NCBI GenBank assembly: GCA_050177605.1
Contig: JBFXGX010000001.1
Span: 1-46,465 of the forward strand
DNA length: 46,465 nucleotides
Direction: 5' to 3'
From: Candidatus Izemoplasmatales bacterium
Lineage (GTDB): Bacteria > Bacillota_I > Bacilli_A > Izemoplasmatales > Hujiaoplasmataceae
Under the pieces are notes generated by a model. The model did no database searches. It was not told where the DNA came from and worked only from the letters and a program-made list of their open reading frames with translations. Position 1 is the stretch's first letter. Each line of letters opens with the position of its first letter. A program made the position numbers and the translations under genes. Of the stretch, positions 8,795-17,413 are shown piece after piece.

Positions 8795-8887
8795 GAATCT
8801 ATAAATTATCTGTTACATTCTGGGGAGAATCTTAACAGGTATTTATAGCTTTAATTTCGGGGAAAATATTAGAAAAGGAGGAATCTT

Positions 8888-9460
8888 ATGCAAGTCTTAA
8901 AAGACTCTGTAAAAAATGCCATTGTTGAGGGAGCAATCGCAGAATTTTTTGAAAGAGGATATCAAAACGCAAACATGCGCAGAATTGCTGACAGCGCAAA
9001 TATTACTGTAGGAAACATTTATCGTTACTTTGAAAACAAAGAAGCTTTATTTAATGCCGTTTTATTTCCAGCACAAGCAGCAATCAATGATTTAGAATCT
9101 TTCGACAGAAAATTACACATCACACACATTGAAACAAAACGTGAAGCTGATCAAATCGTTACTTATGTAATGAATGTATTACGTCCGTTTACAAAAGAAA
9201 TCTTCATTATGATTTTCAACTCAAACGGTACCCATTACCATCAAGTTAAAAACCAACTAGAATTATTAGTTGTAAACAAAATTAGAGAGTACTATCCAGG
9301 AAAATTTGAAGAATATTTCTTAAGAGTCGTGGCTTCTAGCTTTATTCAAGCGTTATTCGTTGTATTTAAAGACAATGTAAATGATGTCGACAAGATTCAA
9401 GAAATGGTTGTAGAATTAATTGTATTCTACTTCCGCGATGTCAATAATCGTTTATTTTAA
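8888..9460 (+). CDS. TetR/AcrR family transcriptional regulator
   Basis: N-terminal HTH GYQNANMRRIADSANITVGNIYRYFENKEALF; strong AAGGAGG RBS. Confidence 0.93.
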   Translation: MQVLKDSVKNAIVEGAIAEFFERGYQNANMRRIADSANITVGNIYRYFENKEALFNAVLFPAQAAINDLESFDRKLHITHIETKREADQIVTYVMNVLRPFTKEIFIMIFNSNGTHYHQVKNQLELLVVNKIREYYPGKFEEYFLRVVASSFIQALFVVFKDNVNDVDKIQEMVVELIVFYFRDVNNRLF

Positions 9461-9474
9461 TTTATTGCATAAAG

Positions 9475-9502
9475 AAAAGGCGTCCTAGGGAACGCCTTTT
9501 TT
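9475..9502. terminator. Bidirectional intrinsic terminator
   Basis: AAAAGGCGT-cctaggga-ACGCCTTTT between convergent genes. Confidence 0.85.
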
Positions 9503-11113
9503 TTACATTTTTTCGAGTTGTCTTGTATCTACCTTACCAATGATTGTTTTAGGGAGAGATTCTAAATAGACAATTTCTTTTGGTACAGCATAAATCCCTA
9601 ATTCATCTTTAATTGTTTGTTTGATACAGGCCGATAAGATTTCTTCTTTCACCGCACTCGCCACAACAAACAACTTGATCATATATCCTCTTTGCTCATC
9701 CGGCACACCAACAGCACTAACTTCTTTCACGTCACTCATGTTCATAATCAGATTCTCAATCTCTGATGGCAATACTGGCATCCCAGATACCTTAATGATT
9801 CTTTTGAGTCTTTGTTTAAAATGTAAATAACCTTCTTGGTCAATAAATCCGTAATCGCCGGTTAAAACCCATGTTTTCTTTCCTACATGTAAAAATACAT
9901 CTGTCGTATTTTCACTTTCTAAATACCCATTCATCATTGTATCACCACGAACTACAATTTCACCCAAACTATCCTTTGGAAGAAATTCCCGTGTTTCTAG
10001 ATCCACAATGTTAATTTCAAGTCCAGGAAGAACTTTCCCGACAGATGTTTGTAAATGATCTTGAAGAGTATTTACTGCACAAACAGTTACGACTTCAGTG
10101 AGCCCATATCCTTCTAAAAGTCTTGCTTTTGATCCATATTCTTTCATAAGTCGATCGAAACGATACTTTAGATCGAGTGCTACATAATCTCCTCCAACAA
10201 AGGCTTGATGCAAATTTTTTAGATGAGCTCCACGAACTTCTGGATGAGATATTAAATTTTCGAATAAGGACGGTACACCAATAACATAATTCACTTGGTT
10301 GTTTTTGAGTAATTCAATGGTTTCTTTAGAATCATATTTCGGCATTAATGTATCTACGCCACCGAATGCTAACATCGCATGGATTCCCATACATAACCCA
10401 AATCCATGAAATAATGGTAATACAGCTAACATATGACGATCTTTAAATTCTGTCTCACCCAAAATATACGATGTCTTGCTGGCAAGTGAGTTAATCGCAA
10501 AATCAGAAAGACAAATGGTTTTAGGTTCTCCAGAAGTTCCACCACTATGTAAATAAACGCTATCCGCTTTCAATACTGAAGGGGAGGCATCTGGTATATC
10601 ATTATTTTTTAATAATTCTTTAAATCTCAATACACGTTCAGAATAAACAATACCTTTTCTTTTCTTTCTGTTAATAACTGCGTACCCGACTTTTTTTACT
10701 ACAGAAAAAGAATCCGTTGGATTCGCTAATATCATTCGCGTTCCCTCAAGTTCTAACACTTCTTTATAGTGATCATAAAAGGTATCTAAAATCATGAGTG
10801 TTTTGGACTCAAGTTTATCCATAAATCTTGCGATTTGTTTGACCGGAGTAAGCGGATGAACAAAATGTGCAATCGCTCCAAGTCGGTTCACTGCATAGAA
10901 AGAATAAATGGCTTCAAAAACATTTGGCATTGCCATTGTTACTTTATCACCAGTACGAATTCCTAGTGCATAAAGACCAGCACTTACCAAATCAATTTTC
11001 TCAATCAATTCCTCGTAGGTGACATATTTTTTCATAAATAAAAGAGCATTATTTTTTGGAAACTGCGTCTTTGTATCTAATAAAACCTCATATAAAGATG
11101 ATTTGACTTGCAT
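9503..11113 (-). CDS. Long-chain acyl-CoA synthetase / AMP-binding enzyme
   Basis: HSGGTSGEPK P-loop, EGYGLTE, TGDYG, LPKTIIGK. Confidence 0.9.
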   Translation of the reverse strand: MQVKSSLYEVLLDTKTQFPKNNALLFMKKYVTYEELIEKIDLVSAGLYALGIRTGDKVTMAMPNVFEAIYSFYAVNRLGAIAHFVHPLTPVKQIARFMDKLESKTLMILDTFYDHYKEVLELEGTRMILANPTDSFSVVKKVGYAVINRKKRKGIVYSERVLRFKELLKNNDIPDASPSVLKADSVYLHSGGTSGEPKTICLSDFAINSLASKTSYILGETEFKDRHMLAVLPLFHGFGLCMGIHAMLAFGGVDTLMPKYDSKETIELLKNNQVNYVIGVPSLFENLISHPEVRGAHLKNLHQAFVGGDYVALDLKYRFDRLMKEYGSKARLLEGYGLTEVVTVCAVNTLQDHLQTSVGKVLPGLEINIVDLETREFLPKDSLGEIVVRGDTMMNGYLESENTTDVFLHVGKKTWVLTGDYGFIDQEGYLHFKQRLKRIIKVSGMPVLPSEIENLIMNMSDVKEVSAVGVPDEQRGYMIKLFVVASAVKEEILSACIKQTIKDELGIYAVPKEIVYLESLPKTIIGKVDTRQLEKM

Positions 11114-11122
11114 ATTTTCCTC

Positions 11123-11938
11123 CTAGAATTGGTAACCAAGTAAGGTTCCGAGTAAATAGACAATAAGAAATAAAACAGGTTGATGTAAAACAAATATAGT
11201 TAACGTATGCTTTCCTGCGGAAATAAAAGGTTTATTCCATGGCTTATCCCACGTTGGTAATAAACTTTGTTTTGACTTATAAAATAAATCGCCAATCACG
11301 GTTCCAATCATAATCACACCTGTATAAGGGAAGATACCAAAATGATCTGCTCCATATCCTTTTATACCGATAATGATTTGGAAGATGTTATCCCAAGTGA
11401 CTGTGGATACATAATCGACATTAATAAAGTCAAATGATAATCCGTAAAGAATAAATGCTAGACCGACGAAGAATACAAAATAATTGTTATTCCATAGTTT
11501 TCGAATTAGAAAAGTAATAATCGTGCCAAGCGCAAACATATGAATAATGCCGAATACAATACCAATATTTAACCCAGTAAAGTATTCAACTGACATCGTA
11601 ACCACAGTAATTAATAAGGCTACGATCGTAAATTTGAATCCACGCTTTAAATTTGAGTGACTAAAAGTAAAACTAATTCCTGAGACAAGAAGAAATATTG
11701 CAACAAAGACAAAATGGAAATTATTCCTTAAATCACTCGTCCAATACCAAGAACCGATTTTATATAAAATGTCCATCAAAGATCCATCTTCTGTCAGTTG
11801 ATTATAATTGACAAACCAATAAGGAAGACTCTTTAAATCATACATGAAATGGTCCATCACCATTAAAATAATTGATAATCCTCTGAGAAAATCTAATTCC
11901 CATACCCTTTTTGCATTCATATACCTTCGCCTACCCAT
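11123..11938 (-). CDS. DUF1624 / heparan-alpha-glucosaminide N-acetyltransferase-like membrane acyltransferase
   Basis: RVWELDFLRGLSIILMVMDH, FLLVSGIS, GKHTLTIFVLHQP. The true start may be the second Met (11920). Confidence 0.8.
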   Translation of the reverse strand: MGRRRYMNAKRVWELDFLRGLSIILMVMDHFMYDLKSLPYWFVNYNQLTEDGSLMDILYKIGSWYWTSDLRNNFHFVFVAIFLLVSGISFTFSHSNLKRGFKFTIVALLITVVTMSVEYFTGLNIGIVFGIIHMFALGTIITFLIRKLWNNNYFVFFVGLAFILYGLSFDFINVDYVSTVTWDNIFQIIIGIKGYGADHFGIFPYTGVIMIGTVIGDLFYKSKQSLLPTWDKPWNKPFISAGKHTLTIFVLHQPVLFLIVYLLGTLLGYQF

Positions 11939-12011
11939 CTCGTTAAACTAGATTATATTATAATATTGATTTTTTGTAAATAAAGCCAAGGAGGTATTTT
12001 TGTAAAAGGTA

Positions 12012-12043
12012 CCAATAATTAGGCTAGCCATTCCGTATATATA
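12012..12043 (+). promoter_or_regulatory. Putative ECF-sigma autoregulatory promoter, copy 1
   Basis: CCAATA-N16-CGTATATATA. A CGT-led -10 is typical of ECF promoters, and the same boxes and spacing recur at 15024-15055. Confidence 0.65.
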
Positions 12044-12110
12044 GTGAAATGAGTAAGAGCGTTTCAAAACCAATTGAATATGATATAATAATCCTCGAGG
12101 CGGTGATAGT

Positions 12111-12659
12111 GTGGAGAACATCAACTTCGACGATTATATTGACTTACTAAAAGTGAAGGATAATGAAGCCTTTAGTTTAATTTACGAACAAACTAGACGT
12201 GGCGTATTTTCAATTATTGTTGCGATTGTTCATGATAAATCACAAACTGAAGATTTAATGCAAGACACTTATATCAAGATGTTAAAAAACATTAATTCTT
12301 ATCAAAAAGGCAGAAACTTCAATGCATGGCTTTTACAAATAGCCAAAAATATTGCCATTGATTTTTATCGTAAAAATCATCAAGTAAGTATATATGATCC
12401 GATAGAACAAAGTTATGTCTTTGATGAAACACAAGATGAAGAACCAAAACAAGTATCTTATGAAATGGAAGAAATGATTGCACCTTTAGATCAATCTGAA
12501 CGTGAAATTGTGTTACTTCATATCGTATCTGACTTAAAATTTAAAGAAATTGCAGAAAGTGTAAATAAACCACTTGGCACCGTTCTTTGGATATATAATA
12601 AAGCCATTAAAAAAATGAAACAACATATGGAAGGAGGAAAGAAAAATGAAAACGAGTGA
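12111..12659 (+). CDS. ECF RNA polymerase sigma factor
   Basis: Region 2 (EDLMQDTYIK..FNAWLLQIAKNIAIDFYRK) and region 4 (LKFKEIAESVNKPLGTV). GTG start. Confidence 0.93.
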   Translation: MENINFDDYIDLLKVKDNEAFSLIYEQTRRGVFSIIVAIVHDKSQTEDLMQDTYIKMLKNINSYQKGRNFNAWLLQIAKNIAIDFYRKNHQVSIYDPIEQSYVFDETQDEEPKQVSYEMEEMIAPLDQSEREIVLLHIVSDLKFKEIAESVNKPLGTVLWIYNKAIKKMKQHMEGGKKNENE

Positions 12660-13875
12660 TTTAAAGAAGAAATTAAAAGAGTCCGCAATCAATGAAATGC
12701 CAGATATATTAAATAAAATTAATCTTGATTCGATTGACATTATTCCTCTAGAAGAAACAAATAAAACTTCAGTTTGGAATTTGCGAAGAATCATGACTTA
12801 TTCATTTACCTTCTTATTTTTGGGTGTAATTTCATTAACAGCCTATACTCTTTTCAATCAAGATAATACAACAGTCCTCCCACTACAAACTGAGGAATCA
12901 TTAATTTCTTTCCAAGCAATATCTTCAGCTACACTTCTCGATGAAATCGAAGTCATTCCTTTATCTTATGATTTATTGGGCGATGATAGTTCTTCTTCAA
13001 TTGCATCAGAACTTACAACAGTAAATGAGTATCTAAATATGATGGAAGTTGTTCTAGGTGATACAGATACGATGGTTAGTGTATCGGTTGAATCTGATGA
13101 TCCATTATATGAACATTATATTTTATATCGTAACGTAGATTTAATTGGAAACTTGATTGAATTCAAGATTTATTACAATATCACTGAAAATGCAGATAGT
13201 ACCGTCCTATCCGGTGTCATGTATCATGATGATAAAACCTATACTATCGGCGGATTTGTCGATATGGAAAATGGTGTATTAACTTCATTTTCAACTTATT
13301 TAGATGATAATAATTATGTGATGGTATCCGATATTTCGAATGATGAGACACAACAGTTTGCTTATTATCAATACGTTTCTAATGAAATTAAAAATCAAGG
13401 AATAGTATCACTTCAACTATCAAACGCCATCATGAAAGCATCCATTGAAACAACTGGTGATTCAGCAAGTTTAAACATGAGTGTTTCCAGAGTTAGGGTT
13501 GCTGAAGCTGCACGCCTTCAAGTTCGTTACCAAATGACACATAGTGGAATCACAAGTGACGGTGAATTCGAAGTCGGTGTTGAATTTAATCAAACATCCG
13601 GAATGTATCAATATATGTATTATATGACAATCAGTGGATCACAAGCACAATTTTCTTGTGGTAGAGGATATAAAGGAAATCAAAAAGCGACCGATGATGA
13701 TTTCACTGTCACAGGTTCTTCTACAACGCCAATTACCGGTCACGGAAATGGAATGATGAATGACAACAACGGTATGAACGGGAATGGTCATGGTAATTTT
13801 TCCACAACTACAACTACAACTACAACAACAGAATTACAAATCAATTCGTACGATGATTTGATAAGCAATATATAA
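12646..13875 (+). CDS. Putative membrane-anchored anti-sigma factor
   Basis: Overlaps the sigma stop. Short cytoplasmic N-terminus, one TM (aa ~50-70), large acidic extracellular domain, Gly/Asn/His/Met and poly-Thr tail. Confidence 0.7.
   Translation: MKTSDLKKKLKESAINEMPDILNKINLDSIDIIPLEETNKTSVWNLRRIMTYSFTFLFLGVISLTAYTLFNQDNTTVLPLQTEESLISFQAISSATLLDEIEVIPLSYDLLGDDSSSSIASELTTVNEYLNMMEVVLGDTDTMVSVSVESDDPLYEHYILYRNVDLIGNLIEFKIYYNITENADSTVLSGVMYHDDKTYTIGGFVDMENGVLTSFSTYLDDNNYVMVSDISNDETQQFAYYQYVSNEIKNQGIVSLQLSNAIMKASIETTGDSASLNMSVSRVRVAEAARLQVRYQMTHSGITSDGEFEVGVEFNQTSGMYQYMYYMTISGSQAQFSCGRGYKGNQKATDDDFTVTGSSTTPITGHGNGMMNDNNGMNGNGHGNFSTTTTTTTTTELQINSYDDLISNI
13804..13830 (+). repeat. (ACAACT)3-ACAACAACA coding repeat encoding Thr9
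   Basis: Read directly; in frame in the anti-sigma tail. Confidence 0.85.
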
Positions 13876-13897
13876 AATATTTAAAGGGGGTTTAAAT

Positions 13898-14977
13898 ATG
13901 AAAAAAAGTATTACACTTGGATTATTTTTAGTAATGTTATTCTTATTAGTTGGATGTGACCAATGGAATGTCACGAATACCACAACATCCGATTACAACG
14001 TTGTAGATAGTGAATCTACAGCTACTTCTCTCGCTTTACCTGCTGCGAGTCTCGCTTCTCTCATCGGCCCGTTTTTAAATAGTACTACCTCTGAAGCCCT
14101 AAGCTTCACAACTTTAGGAAATACCGAAGAAACAGATCCTGTCTTAAACGATGTCAGTGAACTCGACAAATACCTAGAGTTAATTGGTCAATTTCTTGAG
14201 GAAGACAATGGTCTTACAGTAACGCTTCTTGAAAGTGATAGAGAAGATTACACCTATATGACTACCTACGCTATTACTACTTTATATGATGGCATTCAAA
14301 CATTTACGCTTTACTATAACGAAACCATTCCTGTTGTCGATACCACAGAAGATGAACCAACTACGACTGATACACAAGAAACAACAACACTTTCGTTCAA
14401 CCAAAAAGATGATTCTTTCCCTGTAATTGATGATGAATCTGAAGAAGTGACTGCCTATATTGATGCATTATTAATTGATGGCGAGAATGAGATTCTTCTT
14501 GATGGTGCTTTTGTAGATAACGGAACCGAACAAGTACTTCGTTTGTATGCATACACAGATCATCAAAACTATGTCAAATTAGTTGTGAAAACAGACACTA
14601 CTGACAATGTTAAAAAATTCAATTACGTTATCGTAAGTGAAGGAATTACCGTATCAGAAAGCAAGATATTCGTTGAAACAGAAGATGGAAATCTTCATGT
14701 AAAACTTGAATTATTAAGTGGAACTGTCTACACAAAATTTAATGCAGTCGTTGAGGTTGAAGACTCAATCACAAAAATCAAGATTAGATATGAAATATCT
14801 GATAGTGATGTTGTCTTAGAAAGTGGACACATCAAAATTACCGCAACAATCGATGATTTAACAGGTGAAACAATCTATGATTATCAAGTATTACCAGATG
14901 GATTCGCACATGGATATGGTTATACTTACCATCATCAAAATCATACGAAGAACGAACAAGATTCAGAAACAGCTTAA
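13898..14977 (+). CDS. Acidic lipoprotein, paralogous to the anti-sigma ectodomain
   Basis: MKK signal peptide with LVGC lipobox; shares motif order with 12646-13875. Confidence 0.8.
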   Translation: MKKSITLGLFLVMLFLLVGCDQWNVTNTTTSDYNVVDSESTATSLALPAASLASLIGPFLNSTTSEALSFTTLGNTEETDPVLNDVSELDKYLELIGQFLEEDNGLTVTLLESDREDYTYMTTYAITTLYDGIQTFTLYYNETIPVVDTTEDEPTTTDTQETTTLSFNQKDDSFPVIDDESEEVTAYIDALLIDGENEILLDGAFVDNGTEQVLRLYAYTDHQNYVKLVVKTDTTDNVKKFNYVIVSEGITVSESKIFVETEDGNLHVKLELLSGTVYTKFNAVVEVEDSITKIKIRYEISDSDVVLESGHIKITATIDDLTGETIYDYQVLPDGFAHGYGYTYHHQNHTKNEQDSETA

Positions 14978-14979
14978 TC

Positions 14980-15009
14980 AAAACGACTTTTCGAAGTCGT
15001 TTTCTTTTT
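14980..15009 (+). terminator. Intrinsic terminator of the ECF operon
   Basis: AAAACGACTT-TTCG-AAGTCGTTTT followed by T-tract. Confidence 0.85.
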
Positions 15010-15023
15010 ATATAAAAATATTT

Positions 15024-15055
15024 CCAATAAAAAAAGGATGTCATTCGTATATATA
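15024..15055 (+). promoter_or_regulatory. Putative ECF-sigma promoter, copy 2
   Basis: CCAATA-N16-CGTATATATA, same boxes and spacing as 12012-12043. Confidence 0.65.
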
Positions 15056-15057
15056 AT

Positions 15058-15189
15058 GTATGAAGTGCCGTTCATACGAATAAGACTTGTGAGGAAGCGT
15101 CTAGACTTCTTTACATGAGTGATGCTTCAATAGCATACATAAAAACTCCACACCCAAAGGAAAAGGTCAAGCGATTGCTTGACCTTTTT
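15058..15189 (+). ncRNA. Candidate ECF-dependent small RNA (~130 nt)
   Basis: Follows promoter copy 2. Three hairpins, an unpaired C-rich stretch and a terminator at 15161-15189. Confidence 0.55.
15161..15189. terminator. Bidirectional intrinsic terminator
   Basis: AAAAGGTCAAGC-gatt-GCTTGACCTTTT. Confidence 0.88.
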
Positions 15190-15191
15190 CG

Positions 15192-16097
15192 TTAATGATG
15201 GTGGTGATGATTAGTATCATTCGATTGAAGCATCTCCATACAATCTTCTCTTTCACAAGGAGCGTCTTCAAACTCATATTCAACTGTAGGATGAACAATC
15301 CCTAAATGCTCTAACGTCTCATGAACCTCATTTTGTAAAGCAATATATCGTTCTTTAGAAATATCACTGTGAATTGTCACATGTAATGTGGCAAGTACTT
15401 GTTCGCCATTCATCGTCCAAAGATGGATATGATGAACGTCCAAAATGTCCAGTTTCATCAATTGAGTTTGAACCTCTTTCACACTCGGCTTATCTGGAGC
15501 TACTTCCATAAATATCTTAATGATTTGTTTTAAGTTAGAATAAACATGTGTCAAAATATAAAGCGTAAATAAAATGGATAAGATCGGATCAATAAAGTAC
15601 CATCCAAATAATTCCATTAATAAAGCCCCAATTAGTAATGCAATCCATCCGAATGCATCTTCAAACAAATGAAGACTGATGACCTTTTCATTGATGGATG
15701 TTCCCTTTTTAGCTTTTAGTGCCGCAAATAAATTCACCGATACACCGATAATCGCAAAGAATAAGAGCGGTAAACTCTTTACATCCTCTGTCGCAAACAG
15801 TCTAGGGATGGCTTCGTAAATAACAATCCCAGAACCAATCACCAAGACGATACTTGAGATGAGTCCCCCAAGCAGTGAAAACCGTTTGTATCCATACGTA
15901 TAATCATCATTTGATGGTTTTTTTGAATGTCTGTGTAATATCAAAGAAACGCCGATTGATATGCTATCACCAATATCATGAATGCTATCGCTAATTAAGG
16001 CAATACTATTGGTTAATATTCCACCTATAAACTCAAAAATCGTAAAAGTTAGATTCAAGATAAAAGGTAATATTAAGTGATTTTTCTCTTTCATCAT
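15192..16097 (-). CDS. Cation diffusion facilitator (CzcD-like Zn/Co/Cd efflux)
   Basis: SIALISDSIHDIGD, YTYGYKRF, LHLFED, DVHHIHLW; C-terminal His5. Confidence 0.92.
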   Translation of the reverse strand: MMKEKNHLILPFILNLTFTIFEFIGGILTNSIALISDSIHDIGDSISIGVSLILHRHSKKPSNDDYTYGYKRFSLLGGLISSIVLVIGSGIVIYEAIPRLFATEDVKSLPLLFFAIIGVSVNLFAALKAKKGTSINEKVISLHLFEDAFGWIALLIGALLMELFGWYFIDPILSILFTLYILTHVYSNLKQIIKIFMEVAPDKPSVKEVQTQLMKLDILDVHHIHLWTMNGEQVLATLHVTIHSDISKERYIALQNEVHETLEHLGIVHPTVEYEFEDAPCEREDCMEMLQSNDTNHHHHH

Positions 16098-16105
16098 TGC
16101 ACCAC

Positions 16106-17404
16106 CTAAGAATTAATAATTTCCTTCAGGAAAACATCATAATGTTGATTTGATACTTCGACAATGGCAAAGATCAACATAAACACTAACATAAACTGTG
16201 GCATATAGTATACATTATCAACGAGCCCTTGGATGGTTGCTCCAAGAATGGCGATGCCTAGCACAGTTGTTTTTGTTTTAATTTGAAACATCATCACCTG
16301 ATAGATTTTGAGATATTGCCAAAGAAGCATTAAGAAGCCGAGGATACCAAATGATATGAGTGTTTGTAAAATAAAATTATAATAAAATCCTACGCCACCT
16401 ACAAAATTGATTCTAGCAATAATGCCAACACCAAGTAAAGGGTGAGTAAGAAAACGGGATATCCCAATTTCATATAGTTCAATATGTCCATTATCGATAA
16501 ATACCAAATCTTTAAAATAGTTGAATATTTTTAGGAAGGATGGATAATTCAAATATATAACCAAACCCATTATCAATAAAGCTATGCCAAAATGAAATAA
16601 TGTTTTTGTCCAAGTTGATGACCTAAATAAAAATATCATCAATAAAATAAAGACAAACAAGAAAGTGAGAATTCCTCCTCTTGATAATGTTAGAAACAAG
16701 GTTAAAATTTCAAAAGTTCCTATCAGTATCACTACTAAGTTTCGTTTGGAAATCTTTGCATAAAAGAACGTTGCTGGAATAAACATCAATAAGTAAGTCG
16801 CAGCTTCACTCGATCCACCCCAGCCCAATTCAATACTTCTAGCTTCAAAGATAGAAGACAATGTTTCTACATTTATGTAAAACAAACCAATTTGTATGGA
16901 AACTAGCATTCCTAGGACAAACAATATTTTTACAAGATGCTGCGAATAGTTCCCCTTAACGAATGAGCGGTACATAAAATAGATGATAAACATAAACACA
17001 CCAGAACCTAAATAAAGAAAATAGATTGGACTGATAAAGTCGCTGTTAATCGTCGAAATGAACGAGATAATAACAAGACCCAGTATCGGATAAAATAACT
17101 TCCCTATCACTGGTTTAGTTTTGTTCTTCATCATAAATACAACGAACCCAAGAATCATCGATAGTGGTATCGCGAATACATAGAGCGGTAAGGTGGATGT
17201 TTCGATTGGTGTTTTAATCATAAAAAGAGAATTCAGGACAAAAGGAACGGTGTCAATTGCATCTTTACTGAAAAGAAATGTAAGCAAGATTCCTAATCCG
17301 TAAAGTGGTAGTCCAATCCAAGCTAAATCAAAATACCAAAAAAACAGCGTAAGAGCTGATAGTAAAAGCAGTGCATAGTAATGGTCAAACAAACGCTGTT
17401 TCAT
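16106..17404 (-). CDS. O-antigen ligase/Wzy-like polytopic membrane protein
   Basis: About 12 TM segments; LTLSRGG, HPLLGVG, YNFILQTL..FGILG. Confidence 0.75.
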   Translation of the reverse strand: MKQRLFDHYYALLLLSALTLFFWYFDLAWIGLPLYGLGILLTFLFSKDAIDTVPFVLNSLFMIKTPIETSTLPLYVFAIPLSMILGFVVFMMKNKTKPVIGKLFYPILGLVIISFISTINSDFISPIYFLYLGSGVFMFIIYFMYRSFVKGNYSQHLVKILFVLGMLVSIQIGLFYINVETLSSIFEARSIELGWGGSSEAATYLLMFIPATFFYAKISKRNLVVILIGTFEILTLFLTLSRGGILTFLFVFILLMIFLFRSSTWTKTLFHFGIALLIMGLVIYLNYPSFLKIFNYFKDLVFIDNGHIELYEIGISRFLTHPLLGVGIIARINFVGGVGFYYNFILQTLISFGILGFLMLLWQYLKIYQVMMFQIKTKTTVLGIAILGATIQGLVDNVYYMPQFMLVFMLIFAIVEVSNQHYDVFLKEIINS

Positions 17405-17413
17405 TTTATCCTC

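Noticed and set aside
15056..15118. 20-codon ORF MYEVPFIRIRLVRKRLDFFT in the candidate sRNA
   Set aside because: No RBS, and the ATG sits at or just before the predicted transcription start. A leaderless peptide is not excluded, but the hairpins favour an RNA function.
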